DNA from: Eledone cirrhosa
Taxonomy: Eukaryota
Direction of reading: 5' to 3'
Length of the DNA stretch: 64,000 bases
Assembly: GCA_964016885.1 (NCBI GenBank)
Contig: OZ024765.1
Coordinates: forward strand, 4,712,001-4,776,000
The notes under the pieces were generated by a model. The model saw only the letters and a list, made by a program, of their open reading frames with translations. It was not told where the DNA came from and searched no databases. Positions 1-15,069 of this stretch are shown here, piece after piece. Positions within the stretch are counted from its first letter, which is position 1; every line of letters begins with the position of its first letter. The translations under genes and the position numbers were made by a program.

Positions 1-1368
1 CCATATTTCTAATGAAAGACACTGTCTATGTCTTTAACCTTTCATTACCATATTTCTAATGAAAGACACTGTCTATGTCTTTAACCCTTTCATTACCATA
101 TTTCTAATGAAAGACACTGTCTATGTCTTTAACCCTTCATTACCATGTTTCTAATGAAAGACACTGTCTATGTCTTTAACCCTTTCATTACCATATTTCT
201 AATGAAAGACACTGTCTATGTCTTTAACCCTTTCATTACCATATTTCTAATGAAAGACACTGTCTATGTCTTTAACCCTTTCATTACCATATTTCTAATG
301 AAAGACACTGTCTCTGTCTTTAACCCTTTCATTACTATATTTCTAATGAAAGACACTGTCTATGTCTTTAACCCTTTCATTACCATATTTCTAATGAAAG
401 ACACTGTCTATGTCTTTAACCCTTCCATTACCATATTTCTAATGAAAGACACTGGTCTATGTCTTTAACCCTTTCATTACCATATTTCTAATGAAAGACA
501 CTGTCTATGTCTTTAACCCTTTCATTACCATATTTCTAATGAAAGACACTGTCTATGTCTTTAACCCTTTCATTACCATATTTCTAATGAAAGACACTGT
601 CTATGTCTTTAACCCTTTCATTACTATATTTCTAATGAAAGACACTGTCTATGTCTTTAACCCTTTCATTACCATATTTCTAATGAAAGACACTGTCTAT
701 GTCTTTAACCCTTTCATTACCATATTTCTAATGAAAGACACTGTCTATGTCATTAACCCTTTCATTACCATATTTCTAATGAAAGACACTGTCTATGTCT
801 TTAACCCTTCCATTACCATATTTCTAATGAAAGACACTATCTATGTCATTAACCCTTTCATTACCATATTTCTAATGAAAGACACTGTCTATGTCTTTAA
901 CCCTTTCATTACCATATTTCTAATGAAAGACACTGGTCTATGTCTTTAACCCTTTCATTACCATATTTCTAATGAAAGACACTGTCTATGTCTTTAACCC
1001 TTCCATTACCATATTTCTAATGAACGACACTGCCTATGTCTTTAACCCTTTCATTACCATATTTCTAATGAAAGACACTGTCTATGTCTTTAACTCTTTC
1101 ATTACCATATTTCTAATGAAAGACACTGTCTATGTCTTTAACCCTTTCATTACCATATTTCTAATGAAAGACACTGTCTATGTCTTTAACCCTTTCATTA
1201 CCACATTTCTAATGAAAGACACTGTCTATGTCTTTAACCCTTTCATTACCATATTTCTAATGTAAGACACTGTCTGTCATTAACCCTTCCATTACCATAT
1301 TTCTAATGAAAGACACTGCCTATGTCATTAACCCTTTCATTACCATATTTCTAATGAAAGACACTGTC
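1..1368. repeat. 48-bp minisatellite (about 28 copies, runs off the window start) made of a TTAA-CCC element end
   Basis: Unit TTAACCCTTTCATTACCATATTTCTAATGAAAGACACTGTCTATGTCT; last unit continues into a dispersed repeat also seen near 4080, 39550, 39735, 41110, 41770. Confidence 0.95.
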
Positions 1369-2615
1369 TCAGGTTTTCAAATAATTTTGAAAATAATCCA
1401 GAATCTAGAGAGATTTAGTAATATAAGAAACTTTCTCATTATCAAGCTGGTCTTTGGAACATAACTTAACAAAGGTTCTAACATAAAATTATGATGGAAA
1501 GATGTTTAGATAAATATAAACAGTATAACCCTTTCATTACTATATATCTAATGACAATATCTATGATTTTCAATTGTGATGGAAGATTTTTATTTAAATA
1601 TGAATCCTGTATTTCAATTGATTAACGGAGAATTTTGAGGTATTTACTAAAATTATTATTTCATTGTTAAGATAGTAACTTATATAGTTCTTATATAAAA
1701 TTATGCTGGAAGATTTTTATGGAAACCTTGTATTTCAATTAATCAAAGGATTTACTAAAATTATTAATTATAAATTATTTCATTATCAAGATAGTAACTT
1801 AACATATGGTTCTTATATATAATTACGTTGGAAGATTTTAATTTAAATAGAAACCTTGTATTTCAATTGATTAATAAGAATTTTGAAGGATTTTCTAAAA
1901 TTATTAATTATTTTGTTACTAAGATAGTAACTAAACATATGATTCTTATATATAATTATGTTGGAAGATTTTCATATAATTAGAAACCTTTCATTTAATG
2001 CAGAAAAAATCTTGCAAATGAATAGAAAAATGCTTGTAGTATTGGTACAAGGTGTTGGATGGGTGTGAGGTGGGTTGATAACCAAATAAATAGAAGGAAG
2101 ATTTTATAAAAGATTTCAACCACAAAAGACTTGAGAAATATTAGAGGTAGTAGCAATACTATACAGATATATCTAGAACATAAAACAGAATTGGAAGGAA
2201 AGAGATGATAAAATCAAAATATATATGTTTAATGAAAAACACAAACACAACAAAGGTAAAAGAAGTTAACGAACAACTTAATAAACGATATGAATAACAA
2301 AAGAAAAAGAAAATGAAAAAGAAATGTAGCCCCCTCTATGACTCCCAACCCCCACTCCAAATAAAGAAAACGTGATAAATTAATATGCATTTGATCCATA
2401 TATTCCCTGAGGCAATAGAACTTCTCAGCCTTTACTGTAATCAGTTACAGTAAACTTTTCATCAAAATAGCAAAGCTTGAACTTTCCAAGTACATAGAGT
2501 TCATATGAAGAAAATATCCATATTTTAAATATCTACTAGTGTAACTTCTCCACTCCTTGTTCAGTGGTTCAATCTGTGTGGATTTTTATGATATTCATAA
2601 CAATTTACCCACCTG

Positions 2616-2880
2616 TAAAGATACTATAAACATTTGAATTAACAAACCTATTGTCTAGATATTGTTTACTAAATTATTACAAGATGTTCATAGTTAATAC
2701 TGCAAAGTTTCACATCCGTCCACCAGTAAAGATACTATAAACATTTGAATTAACAAACCTATTGTCTAGATATTGTTTACTAAATTATTACAAGATGTTC
2801 ATAGTTAATACTGCAAAGTTTCACATCCGTCCACCAGTAAAGATACTATAAACATTTGAATTAACAAACCTATTGTCTAC
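2616..2880. repeat. 110-bp tandem repeat (about 2.4 copies); related reverse-orientation repeat at 6138-6470
   Basis: GTAAAGATACTATAAACATTT at 2616, 2726, 2836; reverse complement near 6138, 6249, 6357. Confidence 0.82.
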
Positions 2881-2899
2881 GAGATAATAATAATGATAA

Positions 2900-3237
2900 T
2901 CATTTCATTTCATTTTACGTCCGCTTTTCCCTGCTTGCAAGGGTGGGACGGGAACTGATTTTGGCTCGATTTCTACAGCTGGATGCCCTTCCTAACACCA
3001 ACCTCATTTACAGTGAGTGCTGGGTGCTTTTTTTCCGTGGCACCTACACGACCACTTTACAGTGGAATGATAGGGACCCCAGCCCCTATCATCTCATTTC
3101 TACAGCTGAGTAAACTGGAGCAATGTGAAATAAAGTGTTTTGCTCAAGGACACAACACATCACCCGGTCTGAGAATTGAACTCACAACCTTTCGATTGCA
3201 AGGCCAATGCTCTAACCACTAAGCCATGTGCCTCCAT
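2900..3237 (-). mobile_element. Full-length tRNA-derived SINE with an RTE-type 3' tail; near-identical copy at 25285-25620
   Basis: Head TGGCTTAGTGG (A box) and GAGTTCAATTC (B box), GTGTCCTTGAGCAAAACACTT central block, GGAAGGGCATCCAGC block, tail CCCACCCTTGCAAGCAGGGA..GACGTAAAATG. Confidence 0.85.
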
Positions 3238-5131
3238 GTTTCTACTTTTGGCACAAGGCCAGCAATTACACCAGTGCATTACTGGTGCTTTATTTTATCG
3301 TCCCCCGTAAGGATGTAAGGATAAATTAACCTCGGTGGGATTTGAACTCAGACCGTAAAGGGCCGTAACTCTATGCTGCAAAGCATGGCGTCCGACTTCA
3401 TTCTACATTGTTCCAGTATACTCAGCAGAAAACGAATACCAGCAGTAGCTGAGATTTTAACCCTGCTATGGACTGGTATCCTGACCAGGGGGAAGTCTTG
3501 TACTCTCAGTCACTTCACGCCATGGGTCTTGATGAGCCTTCAGGTTCAAAACAGACTTTAACTCTGCGATGGGCTGGCATCCTGTCAAGGAGGAAGTAAC
3601 TCTCTGTTACTTCACACCACTGAAACCAGTATAAACACCAACTCATGAGCCTCCAGGTTCAAAAGAGACTTTATAAACGCACTAACCACTAAGCTACAGT
3701 AAGCTCTAACCTTTACAACTACTGCTGCTATAACTATCAATGGTGCGGAGAGTTAAAAGAAACAGTTTTCTATGATAAAAGCAAGGGGCAGTTTCTAGCA
3801 GCTTCCTCTCAAAAGGGGTTAAATATTAAGATCTTTCATATTTTGATTCTCTAAGATATGAACGATCACTAGTAACGAATGAATTATCGAGGTTATGCTC
3901 TTTCTCCATGAATTCAAGTCCAGCCATACTTTGATCTAAATGAGATATTCTGTTATCAATGGAATATCCATTCTGTTATTCCATTGATAAAAGGGTGAAA
4001 TGCTGAAGGGGTATTTTCTCTGATGCCTTTGTAAACCTTGATCTGTGCTTCATAGATATCATCTCTCTTCCATAGCATATTTAACCCTTTCATAGCATGT
4101 TTAACCCTTTCATTAGCATATTTCTAATGAAAGATACTACCTAGAATTTTAGAATAATTTTGTAAATAATCAAAAATTTGCAATATAACTAATTTTATCA
4201 TTAACAAGTGAATGCTTAAAGTTTGACTTAACAAAGGTTTTTGCATAAAATCATTGTAGAAGGTTTTTCGATAAATATAAACACTTTAACACTTTCATTA
4301 GCATATTATATATGAAAGCCATAACCTAGGATTTTTAAATAATTTTGAAAATTATTAAGAATTTTGAGATTTAGAAATATAACTAACTTTTTCATTCTTA
4401 GGTGGATGTTTTAGCCTTCAGCATTTACATTCCTCTATATTTACTATTGTATCTATGATATTTTGGTTTTATTTATTTTGAGAACAATACCTTAACATCA
4501 GGATGTGAAGCCAGTTATAGCCGGTTTAACCCTTCAGCATTTAAATTCCGCTATATTTTCTATTGTATTTTTGTGTTAAAGGCTTTACCTCACATAACAT
4601 TGAATCTATGGGATTTTAATATTATTTATTTTGAGAACAATACCTTAACATCAGGATGTGAAGCCAGTTATAGCCGGTTTAACCCTTCAGCATTTACATT
4701 CCGCTATATTTTCTATTGTATTTTTGTGTTAAAGGCTTTACCTCACATAACATTGAATCTATGGGATTTTAATATTATTTATTTTGAGAATAATACCTCC
4801 ACATCAGTATGAGTAGCATGGTTACAGCCAGTTTGAACAGAAAGTGGTGAGAGAGATCTGATAAGATACGGCTGGTTTAAATGCTAAAGGGTTAAAGCAT
4901 AATTTGGCATATGTATGAATGTGTATGTATGTATATATATATATGTATGTATGTGTATGTATGTATATATATGCATATGTATATATATGTATATATATAT
5001 ATGTATGCATATATACATATATATGTATATATATATATATATATCATCATCATCATCACCGTTTTACGTCCGTTCTTCCACGCTAGCATGGGTTATATAT
5101 ATATATATGTATGCATATGTATATATATATG

Positions 5132-5166
<35 letters not shown>

Positions 5167-8078
5167 ATATATATATCTATGAATGTGTGTGTGTGTGTGT
5201 ATATATATCTATGAATGTGTGTGTGTGTGTATATATATCTATGAATGTGTGTGTGTGTGTATATATATCTATGAATGTGTGTGTATGTGTGTGTATATAT
5301 ATGTGTGTATATATATCTATGAATGTGTGTGTATGTGTGTGTATATATATGTGTGTATATATATCTATGAATGTGTGTGTATGTGTGTGTATATATATGT
5401 GTGTGTGTATATATATCTACGAATGTGTATATATATATGTATGTATATATATATGTGTATATATATATATATATGTGTATATATATATATATATGTATGT
5501 ATATATGTATGTATGTATATATATATGTGTATATATATATACACACATATATATATATATATACACGTATATATTTACATACATATATATATGTGTATAT
5601 ATATATGTATGTATATATATATATATGTATGTATATATATATATATATGTATGTATATATATGTGTGAATATATATATATGTATATATATGTGTGAATAT
5701 ATATATATATGTATGTATATACATATATATGTACACACACATATATATGTACACATACATATATATGTACACACACACAGACATACTGTATTTGTTCTAC
5801 ATATATTAAGAGTTGCCACATCGGCATAAAACAAGCAATTTTATTTACTCAGGAAGAAAATCAAATTTGTAACCATAAATTTATACAAAATCAGACAATG
5901 GCCTCTTATTTTCCTTCTATATTTGTGATTATCAATCAAATCAGTAACCACCATTTTATACAAATGAAATATGCTATATGTACTATGTTGCAGAAATGGT
6001 CGTTTCTTTCCCCGTTTGTCTTTATTGTTTCATTATGTTAAATTCATAGCAGCGGTTGGTTGTAAATATGTTTAGCTTAGCTCTTCTCACCCTCTAATGA
6101 TTTAGCAGAAAATGTTTCAAAATTTGTTTGTCAGTTCAAATGTTTATAGTATCTTTTTTACTGGTGGACAGATTGTTGTGAAAATTTACAGTATTACAGT
6201 AAAGACTTTAATATTTAATGTGATGCAGTCATAGTGTTGTTTTATACTAAATGTTTATAGTATCTTTACTGGTGGACAGATTGTTGTGAAAATTTACAGT
6301 ATTACAGTAAAGACTTTAATATTTAATGTGATGCAGTCATAGTGTTGTTTTATACTAAATGTTTATAGTATCTTTACTGGTGGACAGATTGTTGTGAAAA
6401 TTTACAGTATTACAGTAAAGACTTTAATATATAATGTGATGCAGTCATAGTGTTGTTTTATACTAAATGTTGTTATAAAAGTGTTGTTTTATACAACATT
6501 GTTGCTACATTAAGTTGGTTTACAGTCACAGAGGAGTTGCTATGAGAGGCTCAACAAAGCAACATTGTGGCTACACCCAGAAAGTTGCCTTAGAGCCACA
6601 GATGAGTTGCTAGGAGAGGCTCAACAAAGCAACCTTGCAACTACACCCAAATGATTGCCTCACTACCACCAATTAGTTGCTAGGTGAGGCTCAACAAAGC
6701 AACATTGTTGCTACACCCAGAAAGTTGCCTCACAGCCACAGATGAGTTGCTAGGGAAGGGGCTATGTAGAGGAAGGGGTGTGTTGGCAAGGGGGGTGTAG
6801 GGAAGAGGTGTGTGGGGTGTTGTGACGTAGGGAAGGGTGTGTAGGGAGGGGGTGTAGGGGTGGGGTGTGTGGGGAGAGGTACTGTAGAGGTATAGAGAGG
6901 GGTTGCTACTAGATTGTTGGTCCTACATTGAGAGGAATTTAATGAAATGTCCACAATTTTATGGTTGCTTCCTGTCTTGAATGTCACCTTCATCATTTAA
7001 TCCCCATTTTTTCCTGCTAGCAAGTGTTGGATATATAGGTTTGTGTGTGTGTGTATATATATATACCTGTATGTATATAAATATTTACACATACATATAC
7101 ATACGCACATATATATATATAATGTAGATAGATATATAATATATATATACATGTATATATACATATATATATATACATATATATATATATACTTATATAT
7201 ATATGAATATATATATATATATAGTAATAATAATAAATTTGAAGACTAAAATCCAAAGAGGGCTCGATAAGGATAAATATATATCAAATATATAAGAACC
7301 GTAGAGCAAATATTTATTAAAATAACAGATTAAAGTTTAAGCAAAGAATCGCTGCTTTCACCCTTAACGGGATCTTCTGAAACTAAAAAAGTCAATCTGT
7401 AAACGCAGAACTGGATATTTCAAAAAACGTTGCAACCGGAGGAAGACAGGAAGACGATACTTTGGTTTGTGGTGACGTTCGCTGGCAAAGAACGGGGAAA
7501 AACGAATAATACGTCATTATTTGGAGCGGTGAAAAACAAATACGCGCAAAGACAGAACCACGTTTATGGTATAAAAGAGGTCGTAGACTAATGTTCTCTT
7601 AGGTGGTGCATAAAGACGTTCTCTGGCAGTGAACGAAAAAACGAAGATAATACGTTATATGTGGAGCGTGGAGAACAATAGCACGCAAAGACAAAACCAC
7701 GTAAATGGTATAGCAGAAGTCGTAGACTAAAATATCTCTCTCTCTATATATATATATAATGTATATATATGTATATCTCTCTCTCTCTATATATATAATG
7801 TATATATATGTATATCTCTCTCTCTATATATATATATATATAATGTATATATATGTATATCTCTCTCTATATATATATATATATATAATGTATATATATG
7901 TATATCTCTCTCTCTATATATATATATATAATGTATATATATGTATATCTCTCTCTCTATATATATATATAATGTATATATATGTATATCTCTCTCTCTC
8001 TATATATATATATAATGTATATATATGTATATCTCTCTCTTTCTATATATATATATATATAATGTATATATATGTATA

Positions 8079-8110
<32 letters not shown>

Positions 8111-9995
8111 ATGTATATATATGTATATCTCTCTCTCTATATATATATAGATATATCTAAGTATGTGTGTATGTAAATTTGTTGAACTAATCCAAGCCAC
8201 ACAGTTCAATTATTGACCTTCCCTAAACCTATCACTGATACCAATCAATAATCAATTGGACATTATTTCGTTTCTCAGACTATTCCACACTTCACCCCCT
8301 CCCCTTCTTCCTACCCCCCCCCCCCCCTCCTTCCTACCCGACTTTCCATTTTTTTCTTTCTAGTTTTCTCTTTATTTTGCTCCTTCCAATCTTTCTCATT
8401 CTCTCCCCCTCTCCCTTCCACACATATATCATACATCATCACCATCATCATCATTATCATCATCATCACCACCATCGCCATCATCACCACCACCACCACC
8501 ATCATCACCACCACCACCACCACCACCATCACCATCATCACCGTCACCTCCACCATCATCATCACCACCACCACCACCATCATCACCACCACCACCACCA
8601 CCACCACCATCATCACCACCACCACCACCATCATCACCACCACCACCACCACCACCATCACCATCATCACCGTCACCTCCACCATCATCATCACCACCAC
8701 CACCACCACCACCACCACCATCATCACCACCACCACCATCATCACGATCATCACCACCATCACCACCACCACCATCACCACCACCACCACATCACCATCA
8801 TCACCATCATCATCACCACCACCATCACCACCACCACCACCACCATCACCATCACCACTGTCAAACGACCCTTCTCTGTGTTAGCATGGGTTTGACAGGC
8901 TGTCCTGTTGTGAGACAAGTCAGATCAGATTACCGTGTATTGTTCATATATATAGATACACACTCACATACACACCTTTGCACACACACACACACACCTT
9001 TGCACACACACACACACATACATACACACACAGAGACACCTACACATACATACACCTGTACAGACATACGCCAACATACAATACACACACACACTCCCAC
9101 ACACACCTCTACATGCACATATTTGTATACACACCACACACCTCTACACACCACACACACACATGCACACCACACATACCCCTGCAAACAAACACACCTC
9201 CACACACACACACTTCTACACGTTCCCACACACCACACACACACACACCCACCCCTACACACACCTCTACACACAGCTCTACACACACACACCTCTACAC
9301 ACACACACCTCCACACAGACACACACTTCTACACGTCCCCACACACCACACACACCTCTACACACACACACACACACCTCCACACAGACACAGACTTCTA
9401 CACGTCCCCACACACCTCTACAGACACACACCTTTCCACCCACACATACCTATACTCCCACACACACTCACCATAATGGGATAACTTCTTGTGTAATGTC
9501 AAAATAAATGATATTAATTCATTCTTCTAGAACTTATTGAATTTAAAAGGACATTTATTCTCTCTCCGCTCCCTCCGGACCACCCCAGTCCCCCCTCCAC
9601 CACACCACACCCTACCAGTCTCTAAAAATCTATTGGCAGAAAGAGAATATATTTTACACAAGATCTATCAAAGCTACAATATCTATCAAAAACATATGCA
9701 GCGTTTCTTTTTTTAATTTGTTTTATTTTCCTGTGGGAAGTAATGGCGTTAGGGGGACAATTTTGTGTAGAATGTAATCCCATATATTTATGTGCACGTC
9801 TGGTGCTTTTGAGGAGCTCACTGGGTGTGTGTACCTGTGTCTTTCTAGTTATCTTTATGTCTGCCAGTGTAAAATTTCTCTCATTCTCTCTCACTCTGTC
9901 AATAGCAAAACTTTGTTTTTCTTTCATATCATAGCAAGGTTCTCGTGTGTTTATTTTATTATGCATAAACATATCTACGTTTTCACACACATCTC

Positions 9996-10035
<40 letters not shown>

Positions 10036-10352
10036 GTGGTTGGTGTTAGGAAGGGCATCCAGCCGTAGAAAACCTGTCAGATAGTCCTATACGAGCGAGA
10101 CAACTCCCATCTAACCCATACTAACGTGGAAGATAGATGTTAAACGATGATGATGATATATATATATATTGTTTATACTTGGGGAGGGTCATATTGTTAT
10201 AATATTGCCAGAAATACTAACAGAACACACTCACTGTTTGGTTTGGGTTGGTTTTCGCTTCTGTATCTTTTATATCTCCATAGTTAATTTATTTGGCAAT
10301 CAATGTTTATCATTGGTTGAACAACAGTTAAAAATACAGATATAAATATTTG

Positions 10353-10570
10353 TGAAGGCATGTGGCTGAGTGGTTAGAGAATTGGATTCGCAATCGTAAG
10401 GTTGTGAGTTCGATTCCTGGACCGGGCAATGCGTTATGTCCTTGAGCAAGACACTTTATTTCACGTTGCTCCTTCTACCTGGAGTTGCGACCGATAGATA
10501 GTATTAGCAATTGGAAAGACCAACGGAAACATTGTTCCCTCGGTCCGATTTGACGAAAGTCGATCGTTCT
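10353..10570 (+). mobile_element. tRNA-derived SINE with a third type of 3' half; related copy at 38396-38610
   Basis: TGGCTGAGTGG / GAGTTCGATTCC boxes, same central block, tail GGAAAGACCAACGGAAACATTG. Confidence 0.78.
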
Positions 10571-10910
10571 TTTATATATATATATATAGTCTATCAAAGT
10601 TCTTTTGTCACACATCTGTGACATCATCAGTGGTACTATTATGTTTCCTCCCGTTGTATTGACTATCAGACATCATATATGTCAATATGATCAACCCTCC
10701 GAAATGATCCTAAAACAATGATATGAATAGGTTATTATTTTCATTGTTAATTTAATCCCTAATATCTGACCCTTTATCTAAGGAATTAACTCAGTGGAAC
10801 ACAGAACCTTTCTATGAATTTCACTGGATTACTTGCCACCAGAGTTCTATCTGCGGTACGGACCCTACCACCAAGGGTAGACCACACTGAAAAAATATAT
10901 ATATATGTAT

Positions 10911-10953
<43 letters not shown>

Positions 10954-12664
10954 CCCATAATTCCTGAGGGAATCATAATGGTACAGCATTTAAAATACGG
11001 CGTTTCTATAGCATTTATTTTTTTATCTTGACAAAGCCCGTCTCCTCTCAAGGTCGACCACTATAGTTTCGATGATAGATCTATTGGAAAACAGTCATTA
11101 ACATTTCACAATACATACTCACATATCCCAAATAATAGTGGGGCTTGGAATAAAGAGTGGGCTTGGATAAGCAGTGAGTTGGAAAATTGGTAATTTTTCT
11201 AGGTTGTCTCCCTAGATTTTTTTAAAAATCAGTATTAGTTGTTTAGTTTATATATTGAGACCCCAACTCATTCTATTTATTTTATGATATATGGTATTTC
11301 TAGTAATGTACTTTTTTGTCATATATAATGGTTTTTATTGTATAAAGAAATTTCATTGTCACAGGAATGCTACCACTTAAAATATAATATTACTGGAGAT
11401 AGATTAGCAAAATTGAATAAACAGGATTTGGAATACGAGCTGTAGAGAGTGAAATAAGAGCAGGGAGTTGGAAAAAAATCTGAAAAATTAATAAGCAGGG
11501 AACAATCATTGAAGACCCAAGAGTAGTTATTTTAATGTATTTCTCAACATCACTAGCATTTTAATTCATCCATCAGTGTGTTGCAATAAAAACGGTTTTA
11601 AAATGAAACATTCCTGGCATGTTTCTGACTTGAACAGTTAACTGTTGAACATTTTCATATGGAATGCTAATCATTATTTGCAGCAAAGAGTTGCAACCCT
11701 TTATAGTCTGAGTTCAAATCCCGCCGAGGTTAACTTTGTCTTTCATCCTTACGGGGTCGATAAAATAAAGTACCAGTAATACACTGGGATAATTGCTGGC
11801 CTTGTGCCAAAAGTAGAAACAATTATTTACAGTCAGTCCTCAGGCTGCTTTTGTGAATCTGGTGGAATCATCATCATCATCATCATCATCATTCAACGTT
11901 CAGCTTCCACGCTAAGCATGGTTAGACAGGTCTTATTTAGAGGCACGTTGTATCGGGTGACCATCTCTCGCTTATATAGGGGTGTTTCTAGCTGGTTTTC
12001 TACGGCTGGATGCCCTTCCTAATGCCAACCACATTGACAGTGTGGGCTGAGTGCTTTTTGCCGTGTCTTTTACATCTCCACTTTACAGTGTGGGCTGGGT
12101 GTTTTGGGGCTGGTTTTCTACAGCTGGATGCCCTTCCTAATGCCAACCACATTGACAGTGTGGACTGGGTCCTTTTTGCTGTGTCGTTTACACGTCCATT
12201 TTACAGTGTGGGCTGGAATAGATTTGAATTCTATTTTTTGGCATACAAACACATCATCATCATCATCATCATCACCTTTTAACGTCTATTTTTCCTTACT
12301 TGTATGGGTTAGATAGGTCATCCACATTTTGATACAAGTCTGGTCAGCTGGCCATGCAGAACCTTGCTCAAATGGAACTGCATTTTGGATGGGGTTTTTA
12401 CAGCTTGATGCTCTTCCTAACGCCAACCATATTTATGGTGTGGAACTGGGTGGTTCTGTTATGAGACATGTCTGGCCAGATGGCCACGCTGTACCTTGGA
12501 CACGTCGGGACTGTGTGTTGGCTGGGTTTTTATGGCTGCTGGATGCCCTTCCTAACACTAACCCAATTTACAGTGTAGAACTGGGTTGCATTCTTATGAG
12601 AAGGGTTTGGCCAGTTAGCCGTGCCATACCCTGCTCACAGTAAAACCGTAGAAGGAAATTATTG

Positions 12665-13100
12665 TGTACAGTGCTCAGGTGCACTACAACTCATCAAAGT
12701 TGCATATATAGTACATAGAATAATTGATTCTGCTTTTGGCACAAGGCCAGCAATTATTCCAGTGCATTACTGGTACTTTATCTCATTGACCCTGTAAGGA
12801 TGAAAGGAAAAGTTAACCTCAGCAGGATTTGAACTCAGACTGTAAAGGGCTGTAACTCTATGCTGCAAATCATGGTGTCCGACCCCCTACCGATACTGCC
12901 AATCCACCGCCTATGTTTTAGTAGTACATAGAATAATGTACAAATGTCAGGAAATTAAAATTCATGTGTGTATGGCAGATTGAAGCATGGAGGCTTTAAA
13001 GGATGCAGTGTCTTGACAGCTAACAACTGATACTGGCAGTTTGTTCCATGCTTCAGCAACTCTGAGCGCGAAAAATTGTTTCCCAAATCATAAAGGAAGC
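12665..13100 (-). mobile_element. CR1/L2-type LINE 3' end interrupted by a SINE
   Basis: Minus strand QFFALRVAEAWNKLPVSVVSCQDTASFK. Inserted SINE is bounded by a 16-bp duplication TAGTACATAGAATAAT (12709-12724, 12922-12937). Confidence 0.75.
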
Positions 13101-13162
13101 CTGGCCAGTTGGCTACACCATCCCTTGCTTATAGTGAAGCTGTGTTTAGTCTGGGTTTTTAA

Positions 13163-13373
13163 CCCTTTAGCATTCACATTACTCTATATATACTATTATA
13201 TTTTCATATTACCTCACATAATTATCCCACATAATATCAAATCTATGAGATTTTGAAAGTATTTATTTTGAGAACAATACCTAAACATCAGTATGAGTGG
13301 CCAGTTACGGCCAATTTCAACAGAAAAAGGTAGAGAATTCTGGCCGGTTTTGGTCGGTTTGAACATTAAAGGG
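13163..13373 (+). mobile_element. Complete 211-bp TTAA-flanked MITE (piggyBac-like ends); partial copies near 4410-4895, 22083, 48885-49660, 62535-63210
   Basis: TTAA|CCCTTTAGCATTCA..TGAACATTAAAGGG|TTAA: terminal inverted repeats with TTAA on both sides. Confidence 0.75.
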
Positions 13374-13689
13374 TTAAGGCTTCTAGATGTTCATATTTCA
13401 AATATAAGCAATGCTACCTAACAGTACCAGCTGATACCTGGTGGTATTTGGTCAGATTGTCTATACACTACTTACTATATTCTGCTCACATCCATTGCGT
13501 GTGTTTTTTTTTTCAATCTATTCATGAAACTTATGTATATATTTATTTATTCTATATACATATAAAATATAAAATAATATATCATCATCATCATCATTTT
13601 AATCTTCGTTTTCATTGCAATATATATATATATATATTAGCATCGAAAGAGAAGATTAAATGATGATGATGATATATTATTTTATATTT

Positions 13690-14365
13690 TATATGTATAT
13701 ATACATATATATATGTGTGTGTGTATGTGTGTATATATATGCATATATAGATGTGTGTGTGTGTATATATGCATGAATATGTATATATAGATGCATATAT
13801 ATGCATATATATATATATGTATATGTACATATATGCATATATATATATGTATATATATATATATATGCATGTATATGTATGTATATATGCATGTATATGT
13901 ATATATATGCACATATATATATATGTATATGTATATGTGTATATATGCATGTATATGTATATATAGATGCATATATATGCATTTATATGTGTATATGTAT
14001 ATATATGCATATATATATATATGTATATGTATATATATGCATGTATATGTATATATATGCATGTATATGTATATATATATGCATATATATATATATATAT
14101 ATATGTGTATATGTATATGCATATATATATATATGTATATATGTGTATATACATGCATGTATATGTATATATATGCATATATATGTATATATATATGTAT
14201 ATATGTGTATATGTATATATATATGCATGTATATGTATATATGTATATATGTGTATATACATGCATGTATATGTATATATATGCATATATATGTATATAT
14301 ATATGTATATATGTGTATATGTATATATATATGCATGTATATGTATATATATGCATATATATATT

Positions 14366-14459
<94 letters not shown>

Positions 14460-14460
14460 C

Positions 14461-14549
<89 letters not shown>

Positions 14550-14563
14550 TTCATATATATATG

Positions 14564-14594
<31 letters not shown>

Positions 14595-14636
14595 GCATAT
14601 ATATCTATATATATATGCATATATATATATATATAC
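13690..14636. repeat. Compound (TA)/(TG)/(CA) microsatellite, representative of many (4905-5780, 33670-34330, 45320-45795, 47270-48090, 51030-51812)
   Basis: Direct reading. Confidence 0.95.
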
Positions 14637-15069
14637 CATATTAGTAGTAGAATAATTGAAAATGGATAGTATTAGACACTAGTATAGTGACAGTACATTC
14701 TTAACAAATGCTATTGGTGAAAAATAATGACCAGAAACAATTTATCTCCCATTGACAAGCAAGCGATCTTTCTATTTTCTGTATAATGGGAAGACTAATT
14801 TATGAGCTCTGGCCTAGCTGCTACACTGACACTAGCAAGGCAATGTTTGATAAATGGCAGATACTTAACTCTCTATGATTCATGTGGCTGTGATGTGTGA
14901 TATATCAGGTCTGTGTGTGTATGTATGATCCTGTAAATCTTGAGGGAATCGTAGGGGTCCCAGATTGACATACGTCGCCGGTTCTAGGGCATTTTAAAAC
15001 CCAACAGAGTCTATCTCTTCTCGCCAGCAGATCTGTTCCAGCATAGAGAGTGAGAGAATGGAAAATATA

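Noticed and set aside
145-1265. 16-aa repeat ORFs
   Set aside because: Artefact of the 48-bp minisatellite, with frameshifting units.
8311-8895. Poly-His ORF
   Set aside because: (CAC/CAT)n microsatellite.
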